Origin: Okamejei kenojei
Taxonomy: Eukaryota
Direction: 5' to 3'
Length of the DNA stretch: 64,000 bases
Assembly (NCBI GenBank): GCA_035221665.1
Contig: CM069141.1
Coordinates: 28,396,001 to 28,460,000 of the forward strand
The notes below the pieces were generated by a model, which was not told the DNA's origin, did not search any database, and saw nothing but the letters and a program-made list of their open reading frames with translations. Positions within the stretch are counted from its first letter, which is position 1. Each line of letters starts with the position of its first letter. The position numbers and the translations under genes are program-made. Of this stretch, positions 26,477-39,404 are shown piece by piece.

Positions 26477-27711
26477 ATTATTGTCTGGTGCACATCATTA
26501 GACAAGAATTTAAATATTATAAGTGGTCTCCAACATTATACAGACCCCTTGAATCTATAAACATTTCCAGGCATAATAGTTGGAATGTAAACTATCAAAA
26601 GGACACAAAATGCTGGAGTAACTCAACACCTTGTGTCCTTTTGTACATTAACCAGCATCTACAGCCTTTGTTTCAATCTAAACTTCCAGATTATTTATAC
26701 CATGGGAAGAAAGTTAAAATCAACTATATTAAATATACAAGGACAATCTTCTAAGAATCCTTTCTGAGGAAAAGCTCTAATATTGGTATAGTAATTTTAC
26801 AAAAGTCCAATAAATGTCTCTGGTATGCTTTTTTTTTAGTCACAGATATTTGTGCCCAGTTAAATATGAAAATATGTTCTGTTTTGATCATTTGGGGCTG
26901 ATATTATTAATATGTTTTAAGATAAAAATATTAAATGTACTTTTTGAAGTTCAAACAATAAAAGAATGTGGTAACTTTATTTTAAATACTATCCTGTGTT
27001 ATTACTGGGCCGTTTCCTTCAGATCCTACATTTCTAACTTATTTCATAGATAGAAATTACCCTTGTATAGAAATTATCCGTGCAACCAAAACTTTGCAAC
27101 TCACTACCTTGCTATTAAGCTGCTGATTTTAAGTTATTCTGCTCCGATGCTGATGCATCCAATGTATGATAAAAATTATACTGAAAAGTTTCAGTTATAA
27201 AATATGATAAATAAATTATATAATAACTATAAATAAATGTTCCTGAAAAAGCTCTAAAGTTGGAATTATTTATTTGCATATTTTCCTTTTTAAATTGTCT
27301 ATTTAAACCGTCAATAATCGGAATCAAAGGCAGTTTGTGGTAAAATATTCAATGTTTTATAGCCCTTTATATGGGAACAGTCCAGTAATTATTTTTTTCA
27401 TGTTCCTGATAATAATTTTGATCCTTCAAATGTTAGCGCTTTACCGATAAATTTATCCCGGCACTGGCATCAAACATGACAGCATCTTGTAACACCCATT
27501 CTATTGAAGTCAGTAAAATGAATTTCTGAGGCAAAATACAGTAACTTAATGTTACTATTTTGTGTGATTTTGGAACCTTGAACTCTAATTATTCAATAAC
27601 CTATATTATACAAAATGAAAAAGATCCAATATTGTAGGTATTGATATATATCTCATTCTGCTATGACTTTGTAAACTTTTGCATTACATTCATGGCTCCA
27701 ATATCTTTCTT

Positions 27712-27855
27712 ATAGAAACATAGAAACATAGAAAATAAGAGGAGGCCATTTGGCCATTCGAGCCAGCACGGCCATTCATTGTGATCATGGCTGATCGTCC
27801 GCTATCAATAACCCGTGCCTATCTTCTCCCCATATCCCTTGACTCCACTAGCCCC
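27712..27855 (-). mobile_element. CR1 3' tail
   Basis: (ATAGAAAC)n tail and 3' UTR similar to 38004-38150. Confidence 0.8.
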
Positions 27856-28996
27856 TGATGTCAGGGTGTCTACAGTTGTATCCAATTTTGTAATACTTCC
27901 ATTTCCATTCAACGCATATGCCTATAAACCACTTAATCCCATTATCATTTTATGATGTTGCTTGCCTGCATTCACATCGTTAAAGCTTTGTGACGGCTAC
28001 TTCTCCCGTCGCCAATGTTGCTTGACCTACTGAACAATTCTGGTACTTTCTGTTGATCTTTCTCCTTCCCTTTTCTCTTTTTACACTCTGTCTCCTCACT
28101 ATCTTTCATCCCTCCCTCCACTCTGCTGCAGCTTATCCCATTTGGAAACTATTTCCATTTGTTGTAGTTTTTCCTCAAAGTACAATGCCTCACAATTGTC
28201 TCCAATAAAATGCATCCAAAACTCATCTGTCTATTTTGTTGTATTTCATAGTTTTCATCCAGTATTTCACTTCAATCTTCTATTTTTGTCCAACAGACTT
28301 TTCGGAATTATTAGCAATCTTTTACATCTTTAGTCTTGATAACTAAATCCAAATTATCTAACAAAGTACCATCAATCACTAATTCCAAAACACAACCTAC
28401 ATAAATTTAGGCAAGTCATCCTTCTAGCCATGAGGTTACATTCTCTTTCATACCTTATTGATTGAACATTTAATGTTTGAATATATATTCTACTTATTTT
28501 ATAGAATATATGAATTCTCTGTAAAATCCATATATTCAATGGCATCCATGAGCTCAAGAGTAACATACGTGTGTCCCTTGAAATGTCAGAATATTTTACA
28601 GCAATTTTATAAGAACAAACATATTGAAGACATGTGAAGTTCAACTACTTTGAATACTTCAGCGAAAAGGACATTGGCTTTTTCTATCAGTAAATTCATT
28701 GTAAAAGTATGCTGACCCATGATCTTCACTTTTATCACCAGATAATTATTTTCCAGCCAGAAATCCAATTACTTCATGCAGATGCTGTTTTATATTACAG
28801 ATTAAACTTAGAGTTCAAATAACTGAACATAGCTGAAATGTTTAGACTGAACCTGATATTTATGCAGCACTAGTGGAAAGGGTATTTGAAGTTTATTCTA
28901 AATTCTTCCTTTAAAATATCTGGATTTTAGAATGTATTGTGGATCCATTGTTGAATTAAATTTCTGCCGGTAATGCAAGGATAAATCTATATATTA

Positions 28997-29896
28997 TAGA
29001 AACATAGAAAAATAGGTGCAGGAGTAGGCCTTTTGGCCCTTCGAGCCAAAACCACCATTCAAAAGGATCATGGTTGATCATCTAAAATCTGTATTCGTTC
29101 CTGCCTTTTCCCCATATTCCTTAATTCCTTTAACCCTAAGAAATAAATCTAAACGGCCTGTCCCACTAATGCGTCTTTTCAGTGACTCTCTTTGACCTTC
29201 AAGGTTGAGGGCACTCGCCTGAAAAACCTTGAGCTGGATCGCCGTCAGCGATGAAATCGCGAACACACACACACACACGAACGAACACACACACACACAC
29301 GAACGAACACACACACACAGGGACCAGGGAAAGCTGGGGAGCGCTGTCTGAAATTCACACCTGCGATGAACAGGAAGGTAAAAGATGGCTGACACAGTAA
29401 CGGTAAGTCCTTTAGGGTGGGGGGGGGGGGGAGAGAGAAGGGGGGAGAAGGAGTGGAGACACTTTTAAGAAGCCAGACAACTTTTAATAAAGTTTAGCGG
29501 GCAATTAACATTACTGGTCGGTTTACGTACCTTTTTTTCTCAACAAGCTTTACCTTTGACTACCTTCAATTAGCTTTGATTGCCTTTGATTACCTACAAT
29601 AGCATTACGACCTACTATGACATACCTCGACTAAAACTACGAATAAAAAAATATCGATTTTTTTTCCATGGCGACCTTTTTTTACACACGGGCATTTTTC
29701 AGCATGTTGAAATATACGCCGCGACCTAGCTGAGGCCTTGAGTACGCGGGGACTACTCTCTGGCATGAAGAAGAGTTACATAGACCTTCTAGGACCTCAT
29801 GTCGACCATGCTGCGAGTATGAGTCGAGGGCAAACTCTTCTAAACTTGCGAATTAGGTCGCCGCAGTGGGACAGGCCCTTAACTCTCTCTTGAAAA
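28997..29896 (-). mobile_element. CR1 3' tail interrupted by a MITE
   Basis: CR1 sequence ...AAATCTAA / CTCTCTCTTGAAA resumes after the MITE. Confidence 0.8.
29153..29879. mobile_element. Non-autonomous PIF/Harbinger DNA transposon (MITE, 727 bp)
   Basis: 15-bp TIRs A(C/G)GGCCTGTCCCACT with one mismatch; TAA TSD at 29150-29152 and 29880-29882; no ORF. Confidence 0.9.
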
Positions 29897-31732
29897 TTAT
29901 GCCATGTACCTTTTGTTCTTATGAAAAACACTGAATATACCCCATGCATAAAAAAACAATATTGCATGTTAATTCTTTGGAGTAACGATGCTCTATGTCT
30001 GTCTGTGATTTTGGCTGTACAGTCAATTTAATAGGTAAATATTACTTTTAAAAATCTAAATGAAACATAATTTAATTTGATCACAAAAACTGTAAGATCT
30101 GAAGCCATGTTCAATAGAAAATTGTTCTGATGTCTTTTCAATTTTCAAGAAGGAAGTTACATTCCAGATATTTGACCTTTAAGTTCATCAAAACAATTTA
30201 GAAAGATTTAAACCATCTGGTTTACTGCACTTATTCATTCAAATTCTTTTCATAGCTGGTCACAGAGCTCTTGATCTGTTGGTCGAAATGCATTTATAAA
30301 CAATCCTAAAATACTAAACTTGTTGGTTTGATGCATCTCAGTAATGGATAGACCTTTCAAATATACTTGTTATGACAATAATTCTTCCATAAAAATGGAA
30401 AAAAAAACAGAAATACTGGAAATCTTTTATCTCAAACTTTTACTTTTTCTCTTTCCACAGATGCTGCCTGACCTACTGAGCATTGCTAACATTTTTAGTT
30501 TTTAATTCAATCACTTTTTCAGGTTGATAATCATATATTTTTAAATATCTGTTTATATCACTGTTTTTCGTGATGTTCCAAGTTTGCATAGTAAAAATAA
30601 CTATTATTAATATTTAAAAAAAAGAAAAAAGTTTTGATTAAAAACCTGGGAGATTACATTATTTTTAAAGAATACATTCCATCCTGTCTCTTCCTTCTCA
30701 TCTTTATCTTGGTTTCATTATATTAGGATATCCACTGCAAAGTGTATAGAATACACAAATTAAAAGCCAGTGCACAGACTGGCACGTCCCAATGGCTCTC
30801 CAAAATGGCTTCTTTTTTTATAAAATCTCAACGAACCTACTTCCAGAATATTCTGACTTTTGTGAACTAATAATAAATGGAAAAAATAAATAGTCACGTA
30901 TCATTTTTTTTCACCAGGTTAAAGAGGAATATTTTGAAATAACATTGTAGTCACAGAAGAGGATAGAATGACATGCCTGCTATAAAATAATATTGTAATA
31001 TTGGTCATTAGCAGTTTTATTGCTGCAGCATAGGAAGAAGAATGAAAGCATCCAAGTACATAGGGACATTAAAGAATATAAATAGTTCTTAATATCTAAG
31101 AATATGTGGCAATGATTATCACGGCAGGACAGTCAGGATTGCTTGAAGGGGCAGAAACGCAATGAGACTGCAAGTGCTTGAGATACACTATTGGCCAAAG
31201 AGTGACAGCCAACCATATACCAAACACTATTAATATCGGAGAAGATCAACAAAGCCATCCGTTTTATCGTACAGATACTATAAAATAACCACTTAGTATT
31301 CAGTGCATTTGATACATCTGCCTTTATAATAAAAGATTGGCATGACAAGATGAATTAACAATTAATTAATTCAATTATATTTTAATGCTTAAGTATGCAT
31401 ATAACTTAGCGAGTAAATGAAAAAATTCTCATTTTGTTTGTGCATTAACACAAAGTGTTCATGTTGTATCCATATGTGAATCCATTGGTAAGTTTCAAAG
31501 GATTCAAACATTCATAATATATCTTTGTTCAATCTTAAATGATCGTATCAATGCAAGAATTTACCGAGCCAGGCTGAATTCCTGAAATTTTTACATTTAT
31601 TTGTAACTGTTTACTGAGCAAAATTAAGTTAACCATTACTTAACTTATCAATATTGTTGCATAATTTTTTTACTGGTGCTTCTAGTTTTGATTAATATTG
31701 TTTTGAAGTTAGACGTTAGAAGTTAGAAGTGT

Positions 31733-31820
31733 GGGGTTGCATGGTGGCGGAGCGGCAGAGTCGCTGCCTCATAGCACTAGAGACTCGGGTTTGATCCTGA
31801 CTATGGGTGTTGTATGTATA
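31733..31820 (+). mobile_element. HE1/V-type SINE tRNA-like head only
   Basis: TGGTGGCGGAGCGG A-box and GGGTTTGATCC B-box. Confidence 0.75.
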
Positions 31821-34800
31821 CTTGGTCTAATGAGATAAGGATTAATAGGAAATATTTTATCCTTTCATTGTATGTGTCATTGTGACTTCAAACTTTTTTT
31901 CATAAATTCCACATCAGGACATTTTAATGTAATCTGTAACTTCCGAAACAGAATGTGTCTGATTTATAGGCTCAGAGTTATAGTGCATGGAATTATGCCA
32001 TTTGGCCTATCATGTTCACACTCACCAATGGGCACCCATCTGTACTAATCTCACCTTCTTGCGCTTGACCCATTACTCCCTATGCCTAGGCAATTCAAAC
32101 ACTAATTTAGAAACGACTTAAATGCTATCAGTGCTGCTGCTTCCAATGCTCTCTCAAGCAGCTCCTCTCTTAATCTTTTACCCTAACTCTAAATCTATGT
32201 CATTTTATGTTGATATACCTCTGGTACATGCACATTTGGTGTATGAAAATATCTGTTCCAATCTCTAATGTCATGTCATCCAGACTTGCCTTCCTAAATG
32301 TCAACAAATCTTGCCTCAGATAGTATTCATTATTGGATATTGGGCACATCATTTTTCTCCGATAGCCTTACAACGTCAAAACATTGGAATTACTGATGGT
32401 GGGATGAATTTGGCTTGTGAAAATCCCTGTTGGGGGACATTGATTATTTTACCTACCATGTTTTTGTGATGCAACTTGATTTTTTCAGATTCTGCTTCCA
32501 TTACCTCATTATGTTCATGACAACATTGCACTATATTAACATTACTTTTTAATTTGCAAACTGGCTATTTCTACTTCACTACAATATTTATGCCTTGACC
32601 TTAATAGATCACACAATTTCTGCAAGATGCACCACAGAAGTCTCCAGTTAATGGCAAATTGCTGACTCCTTTTTTTGTTTCAATTACGAGTCACTCTGCC
32701 TCACCAGCTGGACTTCTAGGGCTTGTTAATTTTCCTTATGCCATAGAATCATTAACAGGTTTATTTCCACATTTACATCAAGTCAACCACCATCATATGT
32801 GTAACGGGTATTAAAGAATCATTGCCACAGGTATGTACTTTGTAGGATATGAATAATAGAATAAGGTACATAATTTGTAGAATATGGATTTGAAATAATG
32901 CAAAATTTAACAACAGCAAATCAGTAGCCTACATTACAACCACTGAATTTTAATATCCAAGGATAATTGGCTTTCCACCATTTTCTACAATTACACACTG
33001 TTAAGATAGATCCTGAGGACCTTTTGTTCTCTGATGATATTACATTTCTAGTTACTCCAACAGAAAAACCACAGGGCCATGCGAGTCATTAGATGTAAAC
33101 ATTCCATAAGATCCAATGGATACCACGGAATCCCTGGAATGGGCACATGTTTTCTTTTTGTTTTTTTTACAATTCCAAGGGCAAAATGTTTTCCAATCAA
33201 ATTGCCTGAATTCATTCAAAAACTGTTTGTGTTCAATCCAACAATTTCAAAATAAAAATACTTTAAAAGGGAAAAATGTTCAGAGGAAAGGAATTGTTCT
33301 GACCTCTTGCAAAGAAACGTCTCATAGTCAGACTGGGTTTAGTAAATTTCATATGTTCTATGCTTTACAAGTTGTGGTATTCCAATTTACAGTATCCCTA
33401 CCAAAACCACAAATTCCTAGATCCTTTGGTAACCTTCCAATAACATGATTAAGGCACTCTGAATCATGGGTGCTGGAATCAGGCTTTGACCATATACGGA
33501 ATTGATTTTCTTTCAGGGAATGGAAAATGTTATGGTATTTTTAGTTAACATTAAGCTTCGGATGAGATCATCAATAATCTGCCTCAATATCAGAACCATT
33601 TTTATTGCATTTTTGTACAACTTGTCCTTTTTTTTGCAACATAACTTGCACTGCATACTTAATAAAGTTGGACTGTAAATGCTTTTCATCCTTTCCTATG
33701 AACATAAAAGAGAATTAAATATGACTTTTTCTTACCCATTAAGGGATGTATTAACATACACAAACTGCACAGCCTTGTTTGGCAGAATATTACTTACAGA
33801 CAGCCTTGTATATTAACAGCAAGGCTGCCAATATAATTACTATTTAAGGACGAGAAACTGAAGCTTGGAAATAGTTTGTAAATTAAAAGGAATTTGTTTA
33901 TCTAGGATCAAAACTTGATATGCATTTTGATTTTACCGTATCTTAATTGCATACAGAACAAATAATTACAGTTTAATAAAATTAATTTGCTGTAAATTCC
34001 ATGTATAGATTTCAAGTTGGCTGATGGACTTTAATAGGGAAACTACTAAATTAACACAATAAGTAACACATTCCTTTGAAAGACGTTGAAGGCTTTGAAC
34101 ACTATTTGGCTTAAAATTTTACTTTGTAATGTTCAGCATTGGTATTAGTTTCAAGATAATATGCTTTACAGATGTTATACAATAGAACACACATTCTGCC
34201 AGCTACACAGAAAGCTGAAAGATTCAATGAATAATTGGTTAAACTGTTAATAAACCTGGTATGTAACAAAGGAGGCTGAAAAATGATATTGTTATCTTTT
34301 GTACTCAAAAAAGCTAACTTCAACTTTAAGAAATGAATAATTACCTAAAGAGTACATAGCATCAATCAAGAAAAAATATTTGCATTCTTGGAAAACAACA
34401 TTAATAACATTTTGCCTAGCAAGCATGTGTAGTTGATATATGTTTACACACCCCTTAATATAAATTACAAATTATAGTTATTGATCAAATGTTTCAAAAA
34501 TGTAATTTATCATATTTTAAGGCACTCTGAAACACTCTTGTGAGACTTTTCAGTGATTAGAAATATTTGCATTAGGAGACTGTGAAATGTAATCACTTTC
34601 TAACCACTTGATTTTCTGCCTGAACTTTGTCTATGCTATTAGGGCAAGTTCATCTGCTAGCCAGAATGATGGACGTGGATATCTGTTGCAATCCTCAGAT
34701 TTAAGTATCTTCTACTATTTGGACTAAAAACAAGGCTAAAGTGGCGAGGATAACCTTTGTAATGCATGTGATCACCTGAACCCATAAGAAACACATCTCC

Positions 34801-35910
34801 GTCTGGGATGTAAATTCAGAACTACTACTCCCATCTCAAAGCATACATCCCACTGACAGTCATTTATCCAAAGCAAATACTGCACAAAGTGTAACTGGCA
34901 TCTTTATTCCTTCCTTCACCTGGGGATATCCAAAGTAGCAGTTGAACCACATGTGTTCTGATGTAGAGGCGGGAAAGCCATCATTAAACTTTCACTATAA
35001 ATCTACTGTGAAAAACATTTCATCTCAACTTATCTGAAAGTATACTTTATCTTATCAATTCTACTTATTCCTTGAACAATATTGCTGGTGTGAATTCAAC
35101 TATGTGCACCAATGGGACTACACTGTTTATCACGGCATCATATTCAATGGTGTATAATTAATATTGTGCCCATACTAATGCATTGATTTATTTCATATAC
35201 CTCAAGATATTTTTGCAGATTCATAATAGTAATCATTGTTTAAATTATCCATACTGAATAAAATAGTTACAGCAAAGCCATGTGGTCTCAAGATGCACTT
35301 TGAGGTGAGACGTAAACATTTACTCTCTGTTTTAAGCCGATTTCCTCACACTATCTAAATAACATTTTCCATTCTTCTCTGCATACACTTCCCTTCCCTC
35401 TTTGAGATCCCTTGTTGTTCACTATTTTGATTTTGTTTTTAGTCAAATTGTCATTGTCCAGCACCTTTGCAATGCCACACGCAAAATAAACCCTTTGTAG
35501 CCTTATAGATCCAAAGTGGAACAATGCTAAAAAAAAATTATGCCTGTCATAAAATAACAATTCCATGGGTAATGTAGATAAATCATTAGCAAATAATTGA
35601 CTTAAATAAATATTGGTAACAGCATGTGATATTTCAACATTTATTTAAACAAAAATTTCAATTCTATCCAAGGTTCATAAGCATTTTGTCAGGGAAGATA
35701 AGCAGTCAGTTTTCAAAATGTTATACATCATGTGATGTATCACATGAATTATGAGGCATTCATCTTTTTCATGCTAGAACTGTTAAGTTTTGTACAACTT
35801 TTCCAAATCTTGTTTGTGGAGAAGTAAATGTCCCCACAACAAAATTCCCTAGCTTGTCACTATGGAAAAGGGATTCCAGATTGCCGTCTGATTCAATCTG
35901 TTGGATTAAC

Positions 35911-36030
35911 AAAGGGTCCAACCCGAAACGTTATCTATTCATGTTCTCCAGAGATGCTGCCTGAGCTGCTAAGTTACTCCAGCACTTTTGTCTTTTTTTA
36001 AAAATCAAAATCGGCAGATCCTTGTTTCTA
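35911..36030 (+). mobile_element. 120-bp Penelope pLTR insertion with 7-bp TSD
   Basis: GATTAAC at 35904-35910 and 36031-36037; starts inside hammerhead stem II. Confidence 0.75.
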
Positions 36031-38003
36031 GATTAACGCTGCCAATTGCTTAGGGGACACCTTTAACTCCAAGTGTAGTTACTCGGAAGTAAAATCAGCC
36101 ATTTTCATTTACTAATGCATTGCCTTTGCAGTGGCGTAGCAATCTCTCCCCTAAACACCCTGCTTCTCTGGTCTCATTTCCCAATTCCAGACACCAGAAT
36201 AGAATCAAAATCATGTCCAAAGTTAAGAGACAGTAAATATTCAAATTAAATTTGAACTGCAAACTGACCAATGTGGTTATATAAGTTTATCTTACATAAA
36301 CAAAATGAAACAAAACGCTGGTGTAACTCAGCAGGTCAGGCAGTATCACTGGAGAAAAAGAATAGATGATATTTCAGGTCATAACCCCTCTTTTTCTCAC
36401 TTTATCACAAGCGCACGAGGTATATTGTATGCACAAATAGCTGGGTGACAAACAAACAATTATTAGAGATGAGATGGTAAATATTCACCTGATGAAGAGT
36501 TCCTAAAGTAAGCAAAAGTACTGGAGATGCTGCAAATGCATTTTTTTTAAATTGCAAGAGAGAGAGAGAGATCTGAAATTCTAACTCTGCTTCTCTCTCT
36601 CTGTTTACTGGCTAATTGCCGTGGATTTTCAGGGTCTGTTTTTATGCCTACAAGACGTTCCTTTATGCCGAAGATTGCACATGGAGCCCCTAAGCCCCCT
36701 CAGCACATGAAGTTGAGTAAATGAGGAAGAAAGCAAAGGGCAAGGAGTCATTTTCCATCCTTGCAGCTAAATGTTCTGAAGGTCTTTCAGTAAAAACAGT
36801 TACGGAGAACTTGTAGAAATATTTTATCTAAAGAGAGTGAATTAAACTGAAATTGTTTGCAACACTAATGAACTTTGACCAATCACCATCTCTACATTTT
36901 TTTTTACTTTCTCCTTTGGAACTAGAATTGTAGGTATTTGTTGGCAGAATACAAAAAAAGAGGAATTTAAATGCAGCCAGAATAGTAAGGTTGATGAAGT
37001 AGATTCTTAATAACACACATAAAATATTCAGTCCACAATTGCATTAATTGGTGTTGAAGATTTCAACCCAAAAATGTGGAAAATCATTCTATCATATATT
37101 TTACCGTGGGTTGAAACGCATTGAGTATATCTATTTGATATTATTGTAGCTCATCTTTGATAGGTTGTTCGGTAGTATTATTAACTTTCTTACTTAAAGC
37201 ATAATTCAACAATCCCCATAAAAAGAATTCAATTCCAACAAGAGCAAAATTCCATCAAACTACATCAATCTGTCTTGATAGTATAATAATATTTGACAAA
37301 CTATTCACGTTTGAAATCCTTGTATTTGTGGGAGAAATATGACTTTCATTTAGGGTAACTGAACAAAAAAGTCATTCAGCTGTTTAGCACAAGAATAACC
37401 ACATCATTCATATGTATTCAGTTCTCAATCAAAATGAAATGAATTCCTTCCTACACAAAGTATACAGCAATTCTCAACAACCAAAGCAAGATTCCCCTTA
37501 CTTATTACACCATGGAAGTAGTAAGTTAGGTTATTATTTTATTACTCAAACAAAAAATCAATGATTCTAAAATTAACAAGTGCTGTGTCATTAACCATAA
37601 CAAATTACATACTCTTCAAATCAATGTTAACAATGAATATATGTCCCTGTCTGCAGTTAATGTGCCTTGCTGGGTGTGTCCAATCCATTTGCAGTAATCG
37701 TGCAAAAAAGCCTTTAAATGTTTCCTCTGAGAAACAGGAATTACCTAAGATGATTATAGTTAATTAGGAAACTTTACAGTAATTGGTTCATAATGACATA
37801 TTATACATAGTTTGTAAAATGTAAAAATGTATCTTCAAATATCTTTCCTGACTAACTGAAACAGGCATAAAAATCACATCTGAAAAATGGAAAAATTATT
37901 TTTAAACAAAGAATTCCCAGGCAAGTATTTTTTTTGTAAAATCTTGTCACCAGCTTCCAGCATCAAGAATATTCAGAAAATAAATATCCCTGGATACTTT
38001 GTA

Positions 38004-38757
38004 AACATAGAAACATAGAAATTAGGTGCAGGAGTAGGCCATTCAGCCCTTCGAACCTGCACCGCCATTCAATATGATCATGGCTGATCATCCAACTCAG
38101 TATCCCGTACCTGCCTTCTCTCCATACCCTCTGATCCCCTTAGCCACAAGGGCCACATCCAACTCACTCTTAAATATAGCCAATGAACTGGCCTCAACTA
38201 CCCTCTGTGGCAGAGAGTTCCAGAGACTTACCACTCTCTGTGTGAAAAAAGTCTTTCTCATCTCGGTCTTAAAGGATTTCCCCCTTATCCTTAAGCTGTG
38301 ACCCCTTGTCCTGGACTTCCCCAACATCGGGAACAATCTTCCTGCATCTAGCCTGTCCAACCCCTTAAGAATTTTGTAAGTTTCTATAAGATCCCCTCTC
38401 AATCTCCTAAATTCCAGAGAGTATAAACCGAGTCTATCCAGTCTTTCTTCATAAGACAGTCCTGACATCCCAGGAATCAGTCTGGTGAACCTTCTCTGCA
38501 CTCCCTCTATGGCAATAATGTCCTTCCTCAGATTTGGAGACCAAAACTGTACGCAATACTCCAGGTGTGGTCTCACCAAGACCCTGTACAACTGAAGTAG
38601 AACCTCCCTGCTCCTGTACTCAAATCCTTTTGCTATGAAAGCTAACATACCATTCGCTTTTTTCACTGCCTGCTGCACCTGCATGCCTACTTTCAATGAC
38701 TGGTGTACCATGACACCCAGGTCTCGCTGCATCTCCCCTTTTCCTAATCGGCCACCA
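38004..38757 (-). mobile_element. Young 5'-truncated CR1 LINE, open ORF2 C-terminus
   Basis: ORF 38097-38783 LVRPHLEYCVQFWSP..RRLRGDLIETYK..FFTQRVV; (TTCTATGT)n tail; candidate TSD TTTGTA at 37998-38003 and 38758-38763. Confidence 0.95.
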
Positions 38758-39049
38758 TTTGTAGATAGATGCTGACAGTGCATTAGGATTCATTTTTTTT
38801 AGCAACAGAAATGATTGAACCATTTCAGCACTGCTTTTCATTTTCACTGTTCAACAAATGAATAAATTCACTAGAACTTAAGCATTACTATCTTAATTGT
38901 AAATTGTAATTTTCAGCCCTACAACAGCTGGAAATTAACTATCAATAACATTTGCAAAAAAAATCATCTAAATATGCTGTTCATTTGCTATGTCTTCAAG
39001 TACTAAAGTTATACAATGGCAAGATTATTTTTAAAATTGTAATAGTTTT

Positions 39050-39362
39050 TAGTTTAGTTTAGAGATACAGTGCGGAAACAGGCCCTTCGGCCCAACGAGT
39101 CCGCATCGACCAGTGATCCACGGTCGACATTGACACTACCTTACACAAAATAGGGACAATATTTGATTTATACCTAACCAATTAACCTACAAACCTGTAC
39201 GTCTTTGGATTGTGGGGGGAAACCAAAGATTTCAGAGAAAACCCACGCAGGTCACAGGGAGAATGTACAAACTCCATACAGACAGCATCTGTGGGGCAGG
39301 TTCGAACCCTGGTTTCTGGCTCTGTTAGGTAGTAGCTCTACCACTGCACCACCCTGCCGCCC
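39050..39362 (-). mobile_element. HE1/V-type SINE, full length
   Basis: Head, central domain, CR1-like tail, (CTAAA)n. Confidence 0.9.
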
Positions 39363-39404
39363 TATTTGTGAACTTTATCCAGATTTTTCTTCGGCAGACT
39401 CTTA

